Origin: Hyalangium minutum
Lineage (GTDB): Bacteria; Myxococcota; Myxococcia; Myxococcales; Myxococcaceae
Assembly (NCBI RefSeq): GCF_000737315.1
Contig: NZ_JMCB01000020.1
Coordinates: 1-64,000, forward strand
Direction: 5' to 3'
DNA: 64,000 bases
Both the position numbers and the translations under genes were made by a program. Below are positions 27,105-37,117 of this stretch, piece after piece. The first letter of the stretch is position 1. Each line of letters starts with the position of its first letter. The notes beneath the pieces were generated by a model. That model made no database searches, was not told the origin of the DNA, and saw only the letters and a program-made list of their open reading frames with translations.

Positions 27105-30100
27105 TCAGGGAGTGCTCTGCGTTACCGGCACCGAGCGGAACGGCGTGCCGTTCGAGGATGCGCTCGGCGGCGTGTTCAGCAGCGCGCGGTGGTACAGCTG
27201 GCCGTTGTACTGCGTGTGCTGCGGAGCCGGCGCTCCCAGGTTCACGCTCGTGCCCGTGGGGAAGTAGCGCGACCACGTGCTGGTGGTGACGTCGTAGAAC
27301 CCCGTGGCGCAGCTCGCCCGGCCGCTGACAGGGCTCGCCTGATAGAGCCGCGAGATGTGGGTGCCCTGGGTCGAGCACACGGTGGCACTCTGGCTCGAGG
27401 GCTCGAAGGAGCTCCACAGCAGGCACCCGTCGATAAAGGTCGCGGGCGAGCCCGTCCGCTCGTTGGCGGAGGTATAGGGGATGTACCAGCCCGGAGACGT
27501 GGGAGAGGCCTCCAGCTCCGAGCCGGTCACCACGCGGCCCGCGCTGTCGAACTGCCCCACGTTCAGCAGGCTCGAGTCCGTGATCATGTTGAAGTCGAAG
27601 TTCTGCGCCTCCGCCTCGCTGTCGAACGTGCGCCAGGGGCTGCCTCCGTAGCTCCACACGCCATAGAAGCGCTGGGTGGAGAAGGTGGCCTGCTGGGTGA
27701 AGTTGAGGGTCACCCAGCTATCCACCGTCGTGCGGCAGCTCCAGGTGGAGGAGGTGCCGTCACAGGTGTACTCAAGGGCACCGTCATAGCCGTTGCTGCA
27801 GCCGTTCGCGGCGTCGTTGTCCCACGTGAGCTTCACCTTCGAGGACGCACAGCTGCCGTACGCTGGGGCCTGGCTGGAGGCGGTGCTCGCCAGCGAGTAG
27901 TTGGCGTAGGTCGTCGAGGCCGTGGACGCCAGCATGCCGCCGCGCTGCACCTCGAGGGTGGCGCGGGCCGTGCAGCCCTGCTCCGCGCAGGCGCGCGGGT
28001 TGCCCATGCGGCAGCGCGTGCCCGTGTCGTAGAGGTTCTGGCTGTCGCCGGTGCCGATGAAGGTGCGCAGGATGCCCATGTCGGGCTGCACCACGTTCGT
28101 GGCGATCTGGCTGAACGGGCTGCGCAGGGCCTCGGCGCTCCCGGAGCGGCCCGCGAGGTTCTCCGTCCGGAACGCGCGCGCCGCGTACCAGTTGTTCACC
28201 CGCTGCGTGGCGGCATCCCACTGGCCGGGCTTCCAGAAGCGCACGGCCCAGAGCTGCCCGCCGTAGTCGCCCACCGTGGCGGTGTCGAAGAGCCCATCGT
28301 TCTCCACCCCGGAGCCGTACGCCTGGCCCACGTCCGCCAGCGCCAAGCCCGCGCCCATGGAATAGCGCAGGTACGACGAGCGGCCCTGGTTGTCCCCGTT
28401 GAAGAAGCTCCACACGGTGTGGCCGCTGGCGAGGTCCACCACCGCCATGCCCCGGCCGCGGTTGTTGTACGGATCATAGCCTCCGTTCAGGGCCACCACC
28501 CAGCGCTCGCGGGCCGCGGTGCCGGAGACCATCCAAGGCGTCTCCGCCATGCCCGAGGGCTGGCCGTTGCGCACGCGCAGGGCGTCGTCCGCGCCGGGCG
28601 TCAGCGCCACCGGGCCGATGGGGGGCGACAGCGGCGCGAAGTTCGAGAAGCTCTCGCCCACCTGGAGCGCCAGCGGATCGCACGGCTGGGGCCACATCCA
28701 CAGGAAGTCTCCCTGCTGGTCGGGCGCGCGCGTCACCGCCTCGCCGGTGGCCTGGCCGAGCAGGCGCGTCAGGTCCAGCGCGAAGCGGTGCACGCCGCCA
28801 CGGCCCGTGCCGATGACCGCCACGGTGCGGTACTCCTCCCACTGCTTGCGGCCGTCCGAGGGGCCCCCGACGCCGTCGAGCCACACGTCGCGCACCATGG
28901 CGGTGCCATTCACGAGGGGGGCGTGCTTGTCGAGGTTCCCCTTCAGCCGAGGCAGCGTGTCCGGAGGGATGAAGGCCCACAGCTCCTGGCCCGTGCCCGC
29001 GTCGTACAGGCCCCGGCCCGTGGCGGGGTCCCTGCCAGTGCTCCGGCCATTGAGGAAGGCGTGGAGCATGCCGCCGTTGGAGCCCACGAGGACGACCTTG
29101 TCCCGGCCTCCTGCCGCGTCCACGTACTTGTCATACGCGTCTCCCGTGCCAGGGACTGTCTGCAGGGGGTAGCCCGTCTCCAGCGCCGTGGCGCCCTGGA
29201 AGAGCGTCGGCAGACACTGAGGGGAGAGGGCGCACGAGTCCTTGGGCAGCGGCGGCTCCACGTTGATGGGCGTGGAGTGGGCCAGGTCCTGGAGCAGGGA
29301 GGCCCGGTCGTAGTCGCGCAGGGCCGGATCCGGGTTGAGGGCATCCGCGCCTCGGTACCAGCGGATGATGACGCGGGCGCAGTCGTCTGGAGTCAGGGAG
29401 ACGAACCCCAGCTTCGTGGCCAGATCCGCGCAGCCGGTCGGGTTCTGGCTGATGCCCAGGTACTCGCGCAGGAAGGACGCGTTGGCCTCGGTGAAGGCGA
29501 TGGGCGTGTCGCGCTGATCCAGCTTTCCATCCCTGTTGCTGTCGATGAGCGTGTAGATGCTGCGGGTCCGCCACTTCTGCGAGCTGCCGGCCTTGAGCAC
29601 CTGTCCCGCCTCCCAGAAGGGCACGGCCGGGGTCCACGGCGAGAGGGTCTTCACGAAGGTGCCTGGGAGGGTCTCCGTCACGGCATCCCCCTGGGCATCC
29701 AGCAGGACCGTGTCATCGCAGTCGCCATCAGCGTTGAGGTCTCCGTAGTACGGGGAGAGCGGGTCGCACCCGAGCAGCAGCTCCTCGGCGAGCTGGAAGC
29801 GGTAGAGCGCCCCCTGCCACGGGGTGTTGGGGGGCACGGAGGCCCGCAGGCGCGGCACGAGCGCGGAGGCGGGCTGGCCCGCGGGCACGGTCTCCGTGGT
29901 GGAGGGCACGGCGTTGGCCTTCCACGCGGTGGTGTTGGGCGTGGAGGGGACGTTGACGAGCGAGTCGCGGAGGGCCTGCGACAGGCTCGCCGCATCATCC
30001 GCGATGTAATAGAGGCCGCCTCCCACCTCGGCGGTGTGCCGCAACAGGTTGCTGTTGATGCCGAAGCCCACCGTGTACGTCGCCACGCTCTGCTTGCCCG

Positions 30101-31412
30101 CGGTGTTGAAGTCCCCGACGATGGGCGGCGTGCTGCGCTGCAGGTCCTGCTCGTAGAGCAGCTTGGCCACGTCATCGAGCAAGTAGTTCGGGTTGTCGTC
30201 CGTGTAGACGGTGGGGTTGGAGCCCTTGTCACGTTCAGCGAGGGTGCCCGGGCCGCAGGGCATGGAGTCCGGGCAGTAGACCGGGCCGTTGTTGAGCGTG
30301 CGCAGCTTGGTGACCACCGTGCTGCTCAGCGTGTCGCTGTTGGGCTCGCCGTCCGAGATGATGATGACGGAGGTGGTTTGGCAGCCCCAGCACACGCTGC
30401 GGTTCTGCGAGCTGAGCGCGGAGTTCTTGAAAGCGGACGGGTAGCTGAAGCCGGTGCCAAAGCCAAACACGTCCCGGTACACGGTGTCATCCGACGTGAA
30501 GTAATAGCCCACGTTGAGCAGCGAGCGGGCCAGCGGCGTACCCGTGTTGAACGCCAGGGTGTTGATCGCGTTGATGTAGCTGGCGCGGCTGCTGTCGAAC
30601 GCGCTCGAGTCAGTGACGACCTGCTGGCACGAGGGATTCTGCGTCCGGAGCATCACGGTGTTCGGCGCGGAGGAGGAGAAGTAGCTGAGGCCCACGCGGG
30701 CGCCGCGCACGTCCTTGAGGAGCGACTTGAGCACTGCCTTGAGGGTGACGTACTTGGGCGGGTTGAAGTTGAGGTAGCGGCCCCAGAAGATGAAGTTGAG
30801 GTTCTCCAGCGGAGCCGTGTTGCGGCCAACGGTGCCCGGCACCTTGTAGTAGCCCTTGGTGCTCAGGCACGTGAGGCAGCGGAAGTACTCGCTGGCGCCG
30901 GTGGTGGACCAGTTGGCCACCCGGCTCTGGCAGACCTGCTCCTTGGAGTCCCACTGCGAGGGCGGGTTGCTCAGGTCCGCCCAGTACAGGTAGCCGTAGA
31001 ACTTGTTGTCCTGGAACAGGTTGGGGAAGCCCGTGTCCGAGCCCAGCCCCGTGCCTAAGTCCGGCGGCGGGTAACGGAAGTTCGGGTCCCACCCCCGGCT
31101 GGCCGCGAACGCATCCAGCCGCGGGTTCTCGCACCCGTTCACCGTGAGGTTGAAGAAGGCGGTGTGGTCGCTGTTCGTCACCTGCGGCAGCTCGCGCATG
31201 GAGCCCGAGTTGTCGATCAGGATGTGGAGGTTGGCCGGCGTGCTGGCCGGGAGCGCGCGCTCATCGCCTGGCGCGTCCTTGCCGTACACCACGTCCTGGA
31301 TAAGGGACGTGGTGAGCTGACAGCAGGCGGGACTGTCGGTGGAACTGCCAAGTTGCGCTGACGCGGGGCCCACGGCCGCCAGCAGCACTAGAACCAGGCA
31401 CAGGCGCTTCAT
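27105..31412 (-). CDS. pilY1: PilC/PilY1-family type IV pilus adhesin (vWA plus beta-propeller), copy B
   Basis: MKRLCLVLVLLAAVGPASA signal; MIDAS DNSGS...TPLA...SDGEP; DSNRDGKLD; collinear paralogue of copy A. Confidence 0.85.
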   Translation of the reverse strand: MKRLCLVLVLLAAVGPASAQLGSSTDSPACCQLTTSLIQDVVYGKDAPGDERALPASTPANLHILIDNSGSMRELPQVTNSDHTAFFNLTVNGCENPRLDAFAASRGWDPNFRYPPPDLGTGLGSDTGFPNLFQDNKFYGYLYWADLSNPPSQWDSKEQVCQSRVANWSTTGASEYFRCLTCLSTKGYYKVPGTVGRNTAPLENLNFIFWGRYLNFNPPKYVTLKAVLKSLLKDVRGARVGLSYFSSSAPNTVMLRTQNPSCQQVVTDSSAFDSSRASYINAINTLAFNTGTPLARSLLNVGYYFTSDDTVYRDVFGFGTGFSYPSAFKNSALSSQNRSVCWGCQTTSVIIISDGEPNSDTLSSTVVTKLRTLNNGPVYCPDSMPCGPGTLAERDKGSNPTVYTDDNPNYLLDDVAKLLYEQDLQRSTPPIVGDFNTAGKQSVATYTVGFGINSNLLRHTAEVGGGLYYIADDAASLSQALRDSLVNVPSTPNTTAWKANAVPSTTETVPAGQPASALVPRLRASVPPNTPWQGALYRFQLAEELLLGCDPLSPYYGDLNADGDCDDTVLLDAQGDAVTETLPGTFVKTLSPWTPAVPFWEAGQVLKAGSSQKWRTRSIYTLIDSNRDGKLDQRDTPIAFTEANASFLREYLGISQNPTGCADLATKLGFVSLTPDDCARVIIRWYRGADALNPDPALRDYDRASLLQDLAHSTPINVEPPLPKDSCALSPQCLPTLFQGATALETGYPLQTVPGTGDAYDKYVDAAGGRDKVVLVGSNGGMLHAFLNGRSTGRDPATGRGLYDAGTGQELWAFIPPDTLPRLKGNLDKHAPLVNGTAMVRDVWLDGVGGPSDGRKQWEEYRTVAVIGTGRGGVHRFALDLTRLLGQATGEAVTRAPDQQGDFLWMWPQPCDPLALQVGESFSNFAPLSPPIGPVALTPGADDALRVRNGQPSGMAETPWMVSGTAARERWVVALNGGYDPYNNRGRGMAVVDLASGHTVWSFFNGDNQGRSSYLRYSMGAGLALADVGQAYGSGVENDGLFDTATVGDYGGQLWAVRFWKPGQWDAATQRVNNWYAARAFRTENLAGRSGSAEALRSPFSQIATNVVQPDMGILRTFIGTGDSQNLYDTGTRCRMGNPRACAEQGCTARATLEVQRGGMLASTASTTYANYSLASTASSQAPAYGSCASSKVKLTWDNDAANGCSNGYDGALEYTCDGTSSTWSCRTTVDSWVTLNFTQQATFSTQRFYGVWSYGGSPWRTFDSEAEAQNFDFNMITDSSLLNVGQFDSAGRVVTGSELEASPTSPGWYIPYTSANERTGSPATFIDGCLLWSSFEPSSQSATVCSTQGTHISRLYQASPVSGRASCATGFYDVTTSTWSRYFPTGTSVNLGAPAPQHTQYNGQLYHRALLNTPPSASSNGTPFRSVPVTQSTP

Positions 31413-31626
31413 GAGGCGCTCCCTTCCTTGAACGGGGGAGCGCGCTCTTAACACGTTTTACTGGTTTGGCTGCAAATCAAGGGATTCCACTCCTCGTGTT
31501 CAAGCCTGGACTTCGGGTGGGGCAGGCGGGGGAAAAACCTTACGAAAACGGGCGGTTTGGCTAGAACGCGCCCGCGCTCCGGGGCGACCCGGACTCATGA
31601 ACGAACGGAACGAAGGAGTGCCTGAG

Positions 31627-32190
31627 ATGAAGCGGAACATGGGTTGGCAGCTCCTGGCCCTCGTGGCTGGGCTCGTCTTGACGGTGGAGGCTCGTGCGCA
31701 GGAGGTGTCGGCGGGCGCGGCGGGGAGCTTTGGCAACACCGGGCAGATCGTCATCTCCTCGGACTTCCGAGCGACCATCGGCTACACGAGTGTCAGTGGC
31801 CCGGGGGATCAGTTCCTCATCGATCTGCGGCCCTCGGTGGACTACTTCCTCAAGGAGAACCTCTCACTGGGCGGCACCGTGTACCTGGGCACGGCCTTCC
31901 AGCGCGGGGATGATCCGCTGCTCGTCGGCGTGGGCATCCGCGGCGGGTACAACATTCCCCTGAACAGCTCGGTGTCCGTGTGGCCGAAGCTGGGGCTGGC
32001 TGTGGCGCACTCGGACGGGTTCCTGGGCTTCGGGGAGCGCACCTTCCTGGAAGTCTCTCTCTCCGCGCCCTTCCTCGTGCACCTGGCGCCGCATTTCTTC
32101 TTCGGCGCAGGGCCCGGGCTGATCACCCAGCTGGGCGATGACACCGTGGCCACCCTCCATGTGAGCGCCGTGGTCGGCGGCTACTTCTAA
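31627..32190 (+). CDS. Small outer-membrane beta-barrel protein
   Basis: Signal peptide, alternating amphipathic strands, C-terminal GGYF; start 31627 or 31597. Confidence 0.75.
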   Translation: MKRNMGWQLLALVAGLVLTVEARAQEVSAGAAGSFGNTGQIVISSDFRATIGYTSVSGPGDQFLIDLRPSVDYFLKENLSLGGTVYLGTAFQRGDDPLLVGVGIRGGYNIPLNSSVSVWPKLGLAVAHSDGFLGFGERTFLEVSLSAPFLVHLAPHFFFGAGPGLITQLGDDTVATLHVSAVVGGYF

Positions 32191-32239
32191 GCGGCTGCTT
32201 TCATCGCTCGCGTCCCCATCCCCCCCTTAAGATGGGGGG

Positions 32240-33025
32240 ATGAGCGACTCCCCCTATTCCACCATCCTCCGCGACATCTTCCATGTGGTGGACGTCAGCG
32301 AGGATCCGGCAGAGCGGGCGAGAGCCAAGCCCGTGCCGGAGCTCACCCCCGGCTTCGAGGCGCTGGGGTTCAAGACGCTCGGCTTCTACCGGCTGGGGCG
32401 GCCGCCGGGGCACGTCTACGAAGTCTGGCGCAGCCCCGACAGCCGCGCCGTCCTCGTGGTGGAGTACGATCTCAAGAAGCGGCCGCGCGCGGAGCTGCGC
32501 ACGCTGCTCCACGACGGCACCATCATCGAGACCTCCAGCCGCTTCAGCGGCCTGTCCCGGCTGTTCCGCCGCGCCCGCCTCCACCACCCCGAGGCTGGCT
32601 ACCTCCTGGAGACCCACGCGGCCACCCCCGAGCAGCTCTACCGCCGCCACACCGAGCGCGTGGAGGCCATCGCCCGCGAGCGCAGCTCCACCATCCCCTC
32701 GCATGACTCCATGCGGCTGCTGTTCGCGCTCGTCGCGCGCTCCATGGTGCTGACGCTCAACCGGTACCACCATGGCAAGCGCCTGGAGTGGATCATCTTC
32801 ATCCCCGCCACCCTGGCCATCATCGCCGCCGTCGTCTTCGCCGGCACGCCGCTGCACTGGCTCACCGCGCTCGCCGTGGCCGCCGTGGCCTTCTGGTACG
32901 TCAGCGAGATGTCCAGCTGGCTCGCCGCGCGCCTGCTGCTGATTCCCCCCGTGCCCCTGGCCACCTTGTTGGCTGCTGTAGACGACGTCCACACCCCACC
33001 CGCCAACAGCCCCGCTCCCAGCTGA
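32240..33025 (+). CDS. Hypothetical membrane protein (two C-terminal TM helices)
   Basis: Codon bias; hydrophobic segments WIIFIPATLAIIAAVVFAG and WLTALAVAAVAFWYV. Confidence 0.8.
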   Translation: MSDSPYSTILRDIFHVVDVSEDPAERARAKPVPELTPGFEALGFKTLGFYRLGRPPGHVYEVWRSPDSRAVLVVEYDLKKRPRAELRTLLHDGTIIETSSRFSGLSRLFRRARLHHPEAGYLLETHAATPEQLYRRHTERVEAIARERSSTIPSHDSMRLLFALVARSMVLTLNRYHHGKRLEWIIFIPATLAIIAAVVFAGTPLHWLTALAVAAVAFWYVSEMSSWLAARLLLIPPVPLATLLAAVDDVHTPPANSPAPS

Positions 33026-33154
33026 GCGCGGGCTGCGGCGTGGTGGAACTTTTCCATCCGGCGCGCATGTGTGAGTGCGCGAGCAGGCAAGCAAGCACCG
33101 GGCGGTGGGCGTTATGGTCTAGGCTCCAGGCCGGACTGAATCCTCGTGCCTCGC

Positions 33155-33856
33155 ATGCGCTCCCTGCCCGTTCACCGCGTCTCTTGGAAGGCGTTGCTCG
33201 CTCTGTCGCTCTGTATCTCCGCGCTGCCCGCCTGGGCGGACACGCGGATCGGCGTGGGGCTCGATCTGTTCACAGAGAGCTCGCGCATGGAGGGCCACCA
33301 GACGATCAACACCGCGCGCCAGGATGAGTCCTTCGACTACCGCAGCCAGAGCTTCCTGTCGGCCACGCTGAACCTGAGCATCCCCGCCCCCATCTCCGAG
33401 AAGGCGCGCATGGGCGCAGGCCTGCGCTTCCTGGGCAACTACGGCTCGGGCGGCGAGGGCAACCGCATGTTCGGCTTCGGCCTGCTCAACGAGCTGTACC
33501 TCCTGGGCGAGTACGGGCTGCCCGTGGCGGACAAAACGGAGGCGGTGTTCGGCGCGCGCGGAGGCGTGGCGCTGCTGGTGCCCGGCAAGGAGTTCGACGC
33601 GGAGATCTCCCGCCTGCGCGAGCAGGGCGTGAGTGCGTGGCACGTACCACGCGTGGGCTGGCTGGGAGGCATCTCCGTGGGTGCGCGCCGGCGCCTGGGC
33701 GAGCACGTGCTGGTGCGCGGGGACTTCTCCGGCCAGCTCGAGAAGGTCTTCCTGTTTGCCACGAGCCAGGACATCAAGGGGCTCGAGTTCGAGAAGGCTT
33801 GGAGCACATTCGGTCTTCGCCTGGGGTTCACCCTGGGCGTGGAGTTCGCCCTCTAG
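33155..33856 (+). CDS. Outer-membrane beta-barrel protein, first gene of the DUF1501 operon
   Basis: Signal peptide ending AWA; amphipathic strands; C-terminal LGFTLGVEFAL. Confidence 0.72.
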   Translation: MRSLPVHRVSWKALLALSLCISALPAWADTRIGVGLDLFTESSRMEGHQTINTARQDESFDYRSQSFLSATLNLSIPAPISEKARMGAGLRFLGNYGSGGEGNRMFGFGLLNELYLLGEYGLPVADKTEAVFGARGGVALLVPGKEFDAEISRLREQGVSAWHVPRVGWLGGISVGARRRLGEHVLVRGDFSGQLEKVFLFATSQDIKGLEFEKAWSTFGLRLGFTLGVEFAL

Positions 33857-33889
33857 CGAGGGCTTCACCCCCTACCTTGGGAGCCATGG

Positions 33890-35689
33890 ATGAAGCGTTC
33901 TCTCACCCTGGTCCTCGCCACCTTGTCCGTGCTGGCCGCCGCCTGTTGGGGCGAGCCCGCGTTTGATCCGGAGAAGCTCGCCATCGGCCCTGGAGGCCTG
34001 GTGGGCAACGGAGACACCATTACTTCCGGCGACTTCCCGGGCGGCGATGACGTGCTGCCCGCGCCGCGCCAGGTGGAGTCCCTGCCGGACGACACCCGCC
34101 CGCCAGACTGTGATGGGGCGTGCGTGTCCTACTGCAACGCGGCGAACCTGCAGAACCCGGTGAACCGCGGCCTGTGCCGCAGCCTGTGGGGCGTGGGCCT
34201 GAGCCACCAGCCCATCAACCGGGACGAGGCGTGCCGCCGGCTCTTCGTGGACATGATTGGGCGCGTGCCCTCCGCGGACGAGGCCGAGTCCACCTGCGCG
34301 GGCAGCTGGGGCGACACGGTGAAGCGGCTGATGGACACGCCGGAGTTCATCTTCGTCAACCAGCGCCACGCCGCCGACAAGTTCCTCTACAGCAACGAGG
34401 TGGTGAACATCCAAGCCATCTACGACATGGATCGGCTGATGGAGAAGCTCTACCGGGGCAAGGTGCCGTATGACCAGTTCGCCTCGGTGGTGAGCGCGCA
34501 CCCGGTGCTGATGCGCCGCTACGCGGACGCGGGCGACAAGGTGGACGCGCTGTTCAAGCTGTTCCTGGGCCGGCCGCCCTTCGAGTTCGAGCGCGCGGAC
34601 ATGGCCCGGGTGTATGGGCTGTGGCACTCGGGCTACTACGAGCACCCGCTGCTGGGACGCATGCCGGACGCGTACCTGCGCTTCCGCTGCCTGGCGGAGG
34701 ACAACAAGGAAGTGGATCCGGTGAAGAAGGGCGAGTGCACCAGCGTGGTGTGGGGCTACCACGAGCTGGTCTTCATCCCGGATGTGCGCGCCGCGCTGGA
34801 TCCGCAGATTCGTGAGCTGACCATGTGGAACGGCCTGCTGAGCGCGGACGAGTGGGCGCAGCTGCAGACGCCGGGCCGGGTGCTCACGCAGGAGATTCCC
34901 TTCTGGGAGCACGCGGTGGACGAGGTGCTGCAGCGCTACCTGGGCTACGAGCTGTCCCCGAAGGTGCCCGAGGTTCGCGCCGAGCTGGTGCGCTGGCTGC
35001 TGCAGTACGGGGGCGACATCCGCTCCGTGCACTACGCGGTGCTCACCTCGGCCGCCTACCTCCAGTCCGCCTACGGCACCACGCCCACCTCGTACCGGTG
35101 GGCGTATGGGCCGCTCAAGCAGATGGACGCGGAGGTGTGGATCGACTCCATGGCGCTCAACAGCGGCTACGCCACAGCCAACTGCGACCACCGCATCGCC
35201 CAGCCGGAGACCCTGCTGCGCAACGGCAGCATCGCCTCGTACCGGGTGCTGAAGGCCTCGCGGTGGAACATCAACGACAAGGGAGACCTCGACGAGAGCT
35301 ACGCCAACCTGGCGCGCACGCTGGGCGGCTGCCCGGAGAACATCGTCGGCGGGCGCTTCCGGGTGGTGAGCATCCTCACCACGGGCACGCAGCTCTCCTT
35401 CGTGGGAGACCTGTGCAACCCCACCATGAGCGCCCAGGTGCAGGGCGCGCCGCTGGAGCGGCTGCTCCCGGAAGGGGTGGAGGGGGGCAGGGCGCTGACG
35501 GCGGATCTGGCGGTGCAGATTGCGCAGAATCAGTACCGGACGCTGCTGGGCCGCACGCCCTCGGACGAGGAGCTGACCGAGGCGCGGAACGCGGGTACGC
35601 AGTGTGCCTTGGACAAGTGCAGCGCGGAGGCCTTCGCGCGTCCGCTGTGCTTCGCGCTGATGTCCAGCGCGGAGCGTCTCTTCTACTGA
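33890..35689 (+). CDS. DUF1549/DUF1553 (PSCyt2/PSD1)-like lipoprotein
   Basis: Lipobox-like LAAAC; RRLFVDMIGRVPSADE; DIRSVHYAVLTSAAYLQSA; LKQMDAEVWIDSM. Confidence 0.72.
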   Translation: MKRSLTLVLATLSVLAAACWGEPAFDPEKLAIGPGGLVGNGDTITSGDFPGGDDVLPAPRQVESLPDDTRPPDCDGACVSYCNAANLQNPVNRGLCRSLWGVGLSHQPINRDEACRRLFVDMIGRVPSADEAESTCAGSWGDTVKRLMDTPEFIFVNQRHAADKFLYSNEVVNIQAIYDMDRLMEKLYRGKVPYDQFASVVSAHPVLMRRYADAGDKVDALFKLFLGRPPFEFERADMARVYGLWHSGYYEHPLLGRMPDAYLRFRCLAEDNKEVDPVKKGECTSVVWGYHELVFIPDVRAALDPQIRELTMWNGLLSADEWAQLQTPGRVLTQEIPFWEHAVDEVLQRYLGYELSPKVPEVRAELVRWLLQYGGDIRSVHYAVLTSAAYLQSAYGTTPTSYRWAYGPLKQMDAEVWIDSMALNSGYATANCDHRIAQPETLLRNGSIASYRVLKASRWNINDKGDLDESYANLARTLGGCPENIVGGRFRVVSILTTGTQLSFVGDLCNPTMSAQVQGAPLERLLPEGVEGGRALTADLAVQIAQNQYRTLLGRTPSDEELTEARNAGTQCALDKCSAEAFARPLCFALMSSAERLFY

Positions 35690-35707
35690 GTCACGGAGCC
35701 ACGAGCC

Positions 35708-37117
35708 ATGTCCGACGACACGAAGAAGCCAGGAACGCTCGGCCGCCGAGGGCTGCTCAAGGGGCTGGGAGCCGCCGCCACCGCCGCGGCCTTCCCCACG
35801 CTGTGGCTGCCGAACAAGGCCTACGCGCAGACTGCTGCCCGCGGTGAGGTGGAGCACCTCATCTACATCCGCCTCGCGGGCGGCTTCCGCTTCACCACCG
35901 CCTTCAACGGGGATGTGGCGGACACGTTCAACCCGTTTGGGAAGTCCGCTTCGCGGGCTGCGGGCACGGAGTGGGGCCCCAGCGCCATGCTGGAGCGCGC
36001 CAGCTGGCTCGAGGGCACCGAGGGCGAGCCCCGCGTCGAGCTGGGCATGCAGAAGGTGACGGACTTCTCCAACGAGATTTGCTTGCTGCCGTGCGTGGAC
36101 CACGAGCCGTTCTCCGCGCGCGCGGACGGCAACCACGGCACGGGTCTGGAGCGCTTCCTCACCGGCTACGTGGGTGGCACCACCAGCTTCTTGACGTACC
36201 TGAACTACGGGCTGCGCGAGAAGGTGGCGCAGGAGGCGTCCGAGGGCCGCACCATCCTGCCGGCTTTCAGCCTCGGCGAGGCGGGCATGGCGCTGGGCAG
36301 CGGCATCTATGCCGGCTACCGGCCGCCGGTGCTGGACGGCAACGGCTTCGAGCGGTTCGGGTTCGATCCGGACTCGAACGTGCCAGCCTGGGCGGTGAAC
36401 ATCGCCAACAATCTGGACCAGCGCTTCCGGGACAAGGTGCACCAGGGCGTGCGCCCGGGCGTGGAGGCCTACCAGCAGACGCGCGAGGCCACGCGGGCCT
36501 ACGGCGCCATCTTCCGGGACCCCATTCTGCGGGTGGACGCGTTCTCGCAGGAGGTGGTGGACGGCATCAGCAATCGCGATCTGGTGACGATGTTCGGGGA
36601 CCAGGGGGCGGGCCGCTCCGCGCTGCTGGCGCTGCGGCTGTTCCACTTTGGCTGCCCGGCGGTGTTCCTCAACCAGGGCTTCTATGACTTCCACTCGAAC
36701 GAGGACGATGGGCTCTCGGACGAGATGGACGAGGCCAACCGGCTGATCAGCGGCCTGCGGACGGCGCTCAAGAAGATGACGCACCCCAAGGGCGGCACCT
36801 ACTGGGACAAGACGCTGGTGGTGCTCGGCAGCGAGTTCGGCCGCACGGGCAACGGCAGCAAGTTCAACTCGGCGGGCGGCAGCGACCACTCCAGTGATTT
36901 GGCCACGCGCTGGATGTCCATGCCGATGATGGGCGGCATCATCGACCGTGCAGCCAAGGGCGGAAAGATGCTCGGCCAGACGCGGTCCTCGGACCTGAAG
37001 GCCCTGGGCCAGGTGTACTCCTACCGCGCTGTGTGCAAGACGATGCTGGACTTGCTCGGCGCGGACCACAGCACCGTCTTCCCGGCGGACAACCCGATCC
37101 AGGATCTCTTCGCATGA
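35708..37117 (+). CDS. DUF1501-family Tat-exported protein
   Basis: GRRGLLKG twin-arginine signal; LAGG; YDFHSN; VLGSEFGRT. Confidence 0.85.
   Translation: MSDDTKKPGTLGRRGLLKGLGAAATAAAFPTLWLPNKAYAQTAARGEVEHLIYIRLAGGFRFTTAFNGDVADTFNPFGKSASRAAGTEWGPSAMLERASWLEGTEGEPRVELGMQKVTDFSNEICLLPCVDHEPFSARADGNHGTGLERFLTGYVGGTTSFLTYLNYGLREKVAQEASEGRTILPAFSLGEAGMALGSGIYAGYRPPVLDGNGFERFGFDPDSNVPAWAVNIANNLDQRFRDKVHQGVRPGVEAYQQTREATRAYGAIFRDPILRVDAFSQEVVDGISNRDLVTMFGDQGAGRSALLALRLFHFGCPAVFLNQGFYDFHSNEDDGLSDEMDEANRLISGLRTALKKMTHPKGGTYWDKTLVVLGSEFGRTGNGSKFNSAGGSDHSSDLATRWMSMPMMGGIIDRAAKGGKMLGQTRSSDLKALGQVYSYRAVCKTMLDLLGADHSTVFPADNPIQDLFA

Noticed and set aside
26979-31505. Shared TGAACA...GAATCCC words upstream of RCC1 and pilY1-B (- strand)
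   Set aside because: Spacing differs (12 vs 9 nt) and the words are short; not distinguishable from chance without more examples.
33044-33070. GGAACTT ECF-type -35 upstream of the DUF1501 operon
   Set aside because: No matching -10 at 16-17 bp spacing.
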